Positions 59,691 to 64,000 of a stretch of 64,000 nucleotides of DNA are shown here, one piece after another. The notes under the pieces are model-generated. The model saw nothing but the letters and a program-made list of their open reading frames with translations, was not told the origin of the DNA and did not search any database. Every line of letters starts with the position of its first letter. Within the stretch, counting starts at the first letter, position 1. The DNA comes from the human T2T-CHM13v2.0 reference genome, Homo sapiens. The stretch lies in NCBI RefSeq assembly GCF_009914755.1, contig NC_060937.1; one strand, 5' to 3'. Position numbers and translations under genes: made by a program.

Positions 59691-61214
59691 TCAGGCTCTG
59701 AGGCCAACTCATCAGACCTCTGTTAAATTTGTATATTCCATTTCCTGAACGTATCCCTCATCTCCCTTCACTCCCAGAACTCCACTGGTCTCCTTCTCCA
59801 CTCCTTCGTTTTCTCCCAGTCCCATGGCCCCACTAACCTCCTTTTCTTCCCACATCCCAGCTCCTGCAGGCTGCGTTTTTCGTTTGTTTGTTTTTTGAGT
59901 CTCGCTCTGTCGCCCAGGCCAAGTGCAGTGGCTCACTGTGGTGGCTGCGTTTTGACAGATCTCTCTGACCAGCACTGGCCCCTCCTCCACCCCACTGTTC
60001 TCCTTGTTGCCCCTCCCCTTACAAACTTTTGCCCAGGGTCGATTTAGCCATCTCTCATTTCTCATTCCACCCACAGGCTGCTGAGGACCACAGAAGAAAA
60101 CTTCCACAAGCCCTTCAGGTCTCCATATTCGTGCTCTTCCCGTGCGCCCCGTTGGCTCCCCGCTCTAGCCTTTCCCGGGACCTCCCGCATCCAGCGGTTG
60201 TTGGGCTGCCTCCCACCCAGCCGGGCCTGCTGAAGGAGGGGCCTCTCCTCAGCCACTCTGCCAGCTTTTCCCTCCAGCTGTCTTCTCCTCTGTTGGAACC
60301 CCCCTTAACCCCATATCTATCTCCTGTGGTCACCCCGCCTCTTTTCTCTCAGGGTCTTGCTTCTGGAAAGCCTTTGCATTCATTTTCTTCTTGCTTCTCA
60401 CTTAACTCTTTGACGCATTGCAATCTGACATCCACCCCATAGCTCTAGGGAGCCGCTCCGCCTGAATGCTAAAGGCAGTGGATACTCTTGCCGCCCTCAA
60501 TTTTTCACCGATCTCTGGCATTTGACTTGGTTGGTCATTTCCTTTGCAGAGAGCATTCCTCTCGGCTTGGATGATAGCACTGTCCCAGCACCAGTCCCTC
60601 CTCCTAGAGTACCTTCGCCCCTTTCTCCAGGCTGACTCCTCCTTTGCAAGCCCTATCCTGCAACCCTGATTGTCGCTGAGCTAGGGTCGCCCTATGATGG
60701 ACCTGTGGGTGTGGAGGTCCTGTGGGTGTGGAGCCCACACACACACAGCTCCCAAGCTCTGACTCCAGCAGTCTCCTCACCCCAGCCAGTCTTCTCTCTG
60801 TTATTCCCAATCTGCACAGCCCTACCCAGCCCACAGATGTTCATGGCCCACTGCCACCCCTCCACCCTAACCTGTGCCATGGTTTTTTCCCCTTATTGTT
60901 TAAGGGAAGAACAGATTTGTAAGTATCCCAAAAAGGCTTATTTCCTAAAGGACAAAGGTTTATTTTTTTGTTTCACAGAGGTGGAATTTTCAAAAGATAA
61001 CGTTTACAATAGTTTACAAAATATCAAATAGTCAATTCTCAGTAGTTGTAATAGTTATTTCTATAAAATTGCCACACACTCTGAAAGAGCTAATACTGAA
61101 CCACTGCTTCTAGGAGAAATACAAGTTTAGATTGCTGCAAGCCTGTGGTCACAACATTTTCATCAATAGATAGATATATAAACTTGTGTTATGTGTGTTT
61201 CTGTTTGAAGACAC

Positions 61215-61340
61215 CCAATCTAATATCTATTGTTGATTCATTAAGATTGTATTCACGGCCATTGGCACTGTAGCTTGTGCCTGAAGGAAGTTTCTCTAAC
61301 ACGCGTGTTTGCTCTGTAAGGCACATCTCAGCCCTCTTGA
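61215..61340. mobile_element. MER6-like TcMar-Tigger fragment
   Basis: TATTGTTGATTCATTAAGATTG..CACGGCCA..TGCCTGAAGGAAG..GTAAGGCACATC. Confidence 0.6.
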
Positions 61341-61417
61341 TGCCCAATATAACCCAATACCATCCCAATCGATTTTTTTAAATGGAAATTGAAAAGCTGA
61401 TTCTAAAATGCATATTT

Positions 61418-61573
61418 ATAGGGAATGGGAGAAATGGGAAGATGTTGGTCAAAGGGTACAAACTTGCAGTTGTAAAATGAGCAGGTCCTGGTGACCTAAT
61501 GTACAGTATGGTGGACTATAGTTAATAATAATGTATTGGATACTTGAATCTGCTGAGAGAGTAGATTTTAAGT

Positions 61574-61619
<46 letters not shown>

Positions 61620-61763
61620 AGTAACCTATGTGAGGTGATGCATAGTTATTTAGTTTGATTGCGGTAATCATTTCAAGATGTATACATATGTCAAAACCTC
61701 AAATTGTATACTCTGAGTATACATAATTTTCATCTGTCAATTATACCTCAGTAGAGCTGAAAA
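61418..61763 (+). mobile_element. L1MA 3' end containing (CA)n at about 61579-61617
   Basis: GATGTTGGTCAAAGGGTACAAACTT...TGCTGAGAGAGTAGATTTTAAGTG...TCAATTATACCTCA. Confidence 0.85.
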
Positions 61764-62244
61764 ACTTTCTGTGGAATGCAAAGGGACAAGAATTAACAAG
61801 ACATTCTTGAAGAAGTTAACCTGAGAGAACTTGCTCGACCAGTTACCGCACTGGCACGAGGGCAGGTAAATTGCCCAATAGAATAGAATATAGCCAGAAA
61901 GAGATCTGGGCATATGTGGATGCTAGACTTATGGCCAAGGTGGCATTGCAAAATTGCAATTTTTATTTAAAAGAAGATAATCAATTAACTATCCATGTGG
62001 AAAAAATGAACCTTGATCTTTAGTTCTCACCATTAGCAAAAATCATTCCAGGTAAGCTGTAGTTATAAATGTGAAAGGCAAGAGGACACAAAAGAGATGA
62101 ACCATAAAGAAAGACATGATAAATTGAACTATTTTAATATTTAATTAAGTATTTACCTAAGACTTAAGTTACTTAATGTAAGTCATTTACTTATTTTAAT
62201 CCTAAATTAAGACTTAATTCAGTTCATCAAAAGACACCAATGCA

Positions 62245-62552
62245 GCCAGGCGCGGTGGCTCACGCCTGTAATCCCAGCACTTTGGGAGGCTGAGAAGAGC
62301 GGATCACGAGGTCAGTAGATCGAGACCATCCTGGCTAACACGGTGGAACCCCGTCTCTACTAAAAATACAAAGAAAATTAGCCGGGCGCGGTGGCAGGTG
62401 CCCGTAGTCCCAGCTACTCGGGAGGCTGAGGCAGGATAATGGCGTGAACCCAGGAGGCAGAGTTTGCAGTGAGCCGAGATTGCGCTGCTGCACTCCAGCC
62501 TGAGCGACAGAGCGAGACTCCATCTCAAAAAAAAAAAAAAAAAAAAAAAAAA
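62245..62552 (+). mobile_element. AluY within old L1 fragments
   Basis: TSD aaaagacaccaatgc; long pure A tail. Confidence 0.95.
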
Positions 62553-62642
62553 AGACACCAATGCCCTGTTAAGAGAGTGAAAAATCATGTCACAGAGTGG
62601 GAGAAGATATTTGCCACACCTGTAATTTAAAAAGAACTCCAA

Positions 62643-62812
62643 GGCTGAGCGCGGTAGCACACACCTGTAATCCCAGCACTTTGGGAGGCTGAGGTGGGCA
62701 GAATCGCTTGAACTCGGGAGGCGGAGGTTGCAGTGAGCCAAGATCATGCCACTGCACTTCAGTCTGGACAACAGAGCAAGACTCTGTAAAAAAAAGAAAA
62801 AGAAAAAAAAAA
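62643..62812 (+). mobile_element. Monomeric or deleted Alu
   Basis: About 170 bp; TSD aaaaagaactc. Confidence 0.85.
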
Positions 62813-62894
62813 GAACTCATATTCAGAATATATGTTTAAAAATAAAGAAAAACTTATGACTAAATGAGAAAAAAAAATAAACAGCCCAATTATG

Positions 62895-64000
62895 TCTTTG
62901 TGTATCCAATCTGTTCTTCTTATAAGGATACCAGTCAGATTAGAATAGGGCCCACCCCAACAATGGCTTCGTTTCGTTTTAATTAAATACTTCTCTACGT
63001 ATTTCAGCTGAAGGCCTTATCTTCCAGCATAGTGACATTTCGAGGTATAGGGGCTTAGGGCTTCAATTATAAATTTTTGGGGGACGCAATTCAGTCCGTA
63101 ATGTTTCATTCTCTCAATCACCAGATTCATATCCTTCTCATATGGAAAATATATTTACCCCCATCCCAATGGCCCAAAAGTCTTAACCTGTTCCAGCATC
63201 CATTTCAAGTCTAAAGTCTTACCTAAAGACCATCTAAATTAGGTATGGGTGAGACTCAAAGTATGATTCATCCCAAGGTAAAATTTATCTCCACTAAGAA
63301 TCTGTGATACCGGACAAGTTATATGCTTTCTAAAATACAATGGTGGTTATATATTTTAAAAAGTCATTTGCACTCATATGTTCATTGCAGCACTATTCAC
63401 AATAGCAGTCACAAAATCAACCCAAGTGTCCATCAGTGGATGATTGGATAAAGAAAATTTGGTACATATACACCATAGAATACTACATAGCCGTAAAAAA
63501 TAATGAAATCATGTCTTTCATAGCAACACGGATGGAGCTGAAGGTCATTATCCTAAGTGACATAACTAAAAACCAGAAAATCAAGTACTATATATTCTCG
63601 CTTATAAGTGGGAGTTGGACAATGGGTACTCATGGACATAAAGATGGAAATAATAGACACTGGGGACTCCAGAAGTGGAGAGGGTGGGAATGGGGTAAAG
63701 ACTGAGAAATTACCTATAGGATACAAGTTTCACTATTTGGGTGATGGGTATGCTAACAGCCCAAACCTCACCATTACAAAGCATATCCATGTAACAAACC
63801 TGGACATGAACCCCCTGAATCTATAATAATAATTTTTAAAAAATACAGTCGTGGGACAGGCATAGATTAGATATTCCCATTCCAAAAGGGAGAAATGGAA
63901 AAGAAGTAAGAAGTGAGGGGTTTCACACTGGGGTGCCAGCCCTGCCATCTGGGCCCAGTAGAGTGGTGGCATCATGCCCTTGGCCCTCGGCAACATCCGC
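62895..64000 (-). mobile_element. MLT1 LTR end + MaLR internal sequence, interrupted by an L1 3' end
   Basis: CTTCTTATAAGGATACCAGTCAGATTAGAATAGGGCCCACCC; internal region resumes at AAAATACAGTCGTGGGACAGGCATAG. Confidence 0.75.
63355..63843 (+). mobile_element. L1PB/L1MA 3' end
   Basis: GTTCATTGCAGCACTATTCACAATAGC...GTAACAAACCTGGACATG..CCCCTGAATCTA; flanked by taaaatacaa / aaaaatacag. Confidence 0.88.

Overview
Primate genomic DNA, most likely human, covering the whole GJB6 (connexin 30) gene on the minus strand in the DFNB1 deafness locus (13q12, from recall). The single coding exon (CDS 13179-13964) matches the wild-type human protein as I recall it. Upstream are several non-coding 5' exons (20047-20216, 21164-21273, 21848-21971 and first exons in a CpG island at about 22.3-23.3 kb) and a GC-box/TTAAAA promoter. 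The rest is repeat-rich intergenic DNA: about 28 Alus, a near-full-length ancient L1MD, nested MaLR LTRs, MADE1, MER3/33 and microsatellites. The most unusual object is an L1PA4-like element 11 kb upstream of GJB6. It keeps its 5' end and is cut at the end of the ORF2 endonuclease domain, leaving a stand-alone open EN ORF that lacks its specificity loop. It also carries an extended ORF0 and an antisense promoter pointing at GJB6. Other points of interest are a 145-bp, 96%-identical dispersed duplication in unique DNA, uORFs in one 5'UTR exon, an Alu trimer and a twin-primed old L1. Repeat subfamily names come from remembered consensus sequences and need RepeatMasker/Dfam confirmation. No new protein-coding gene is firmly supported.
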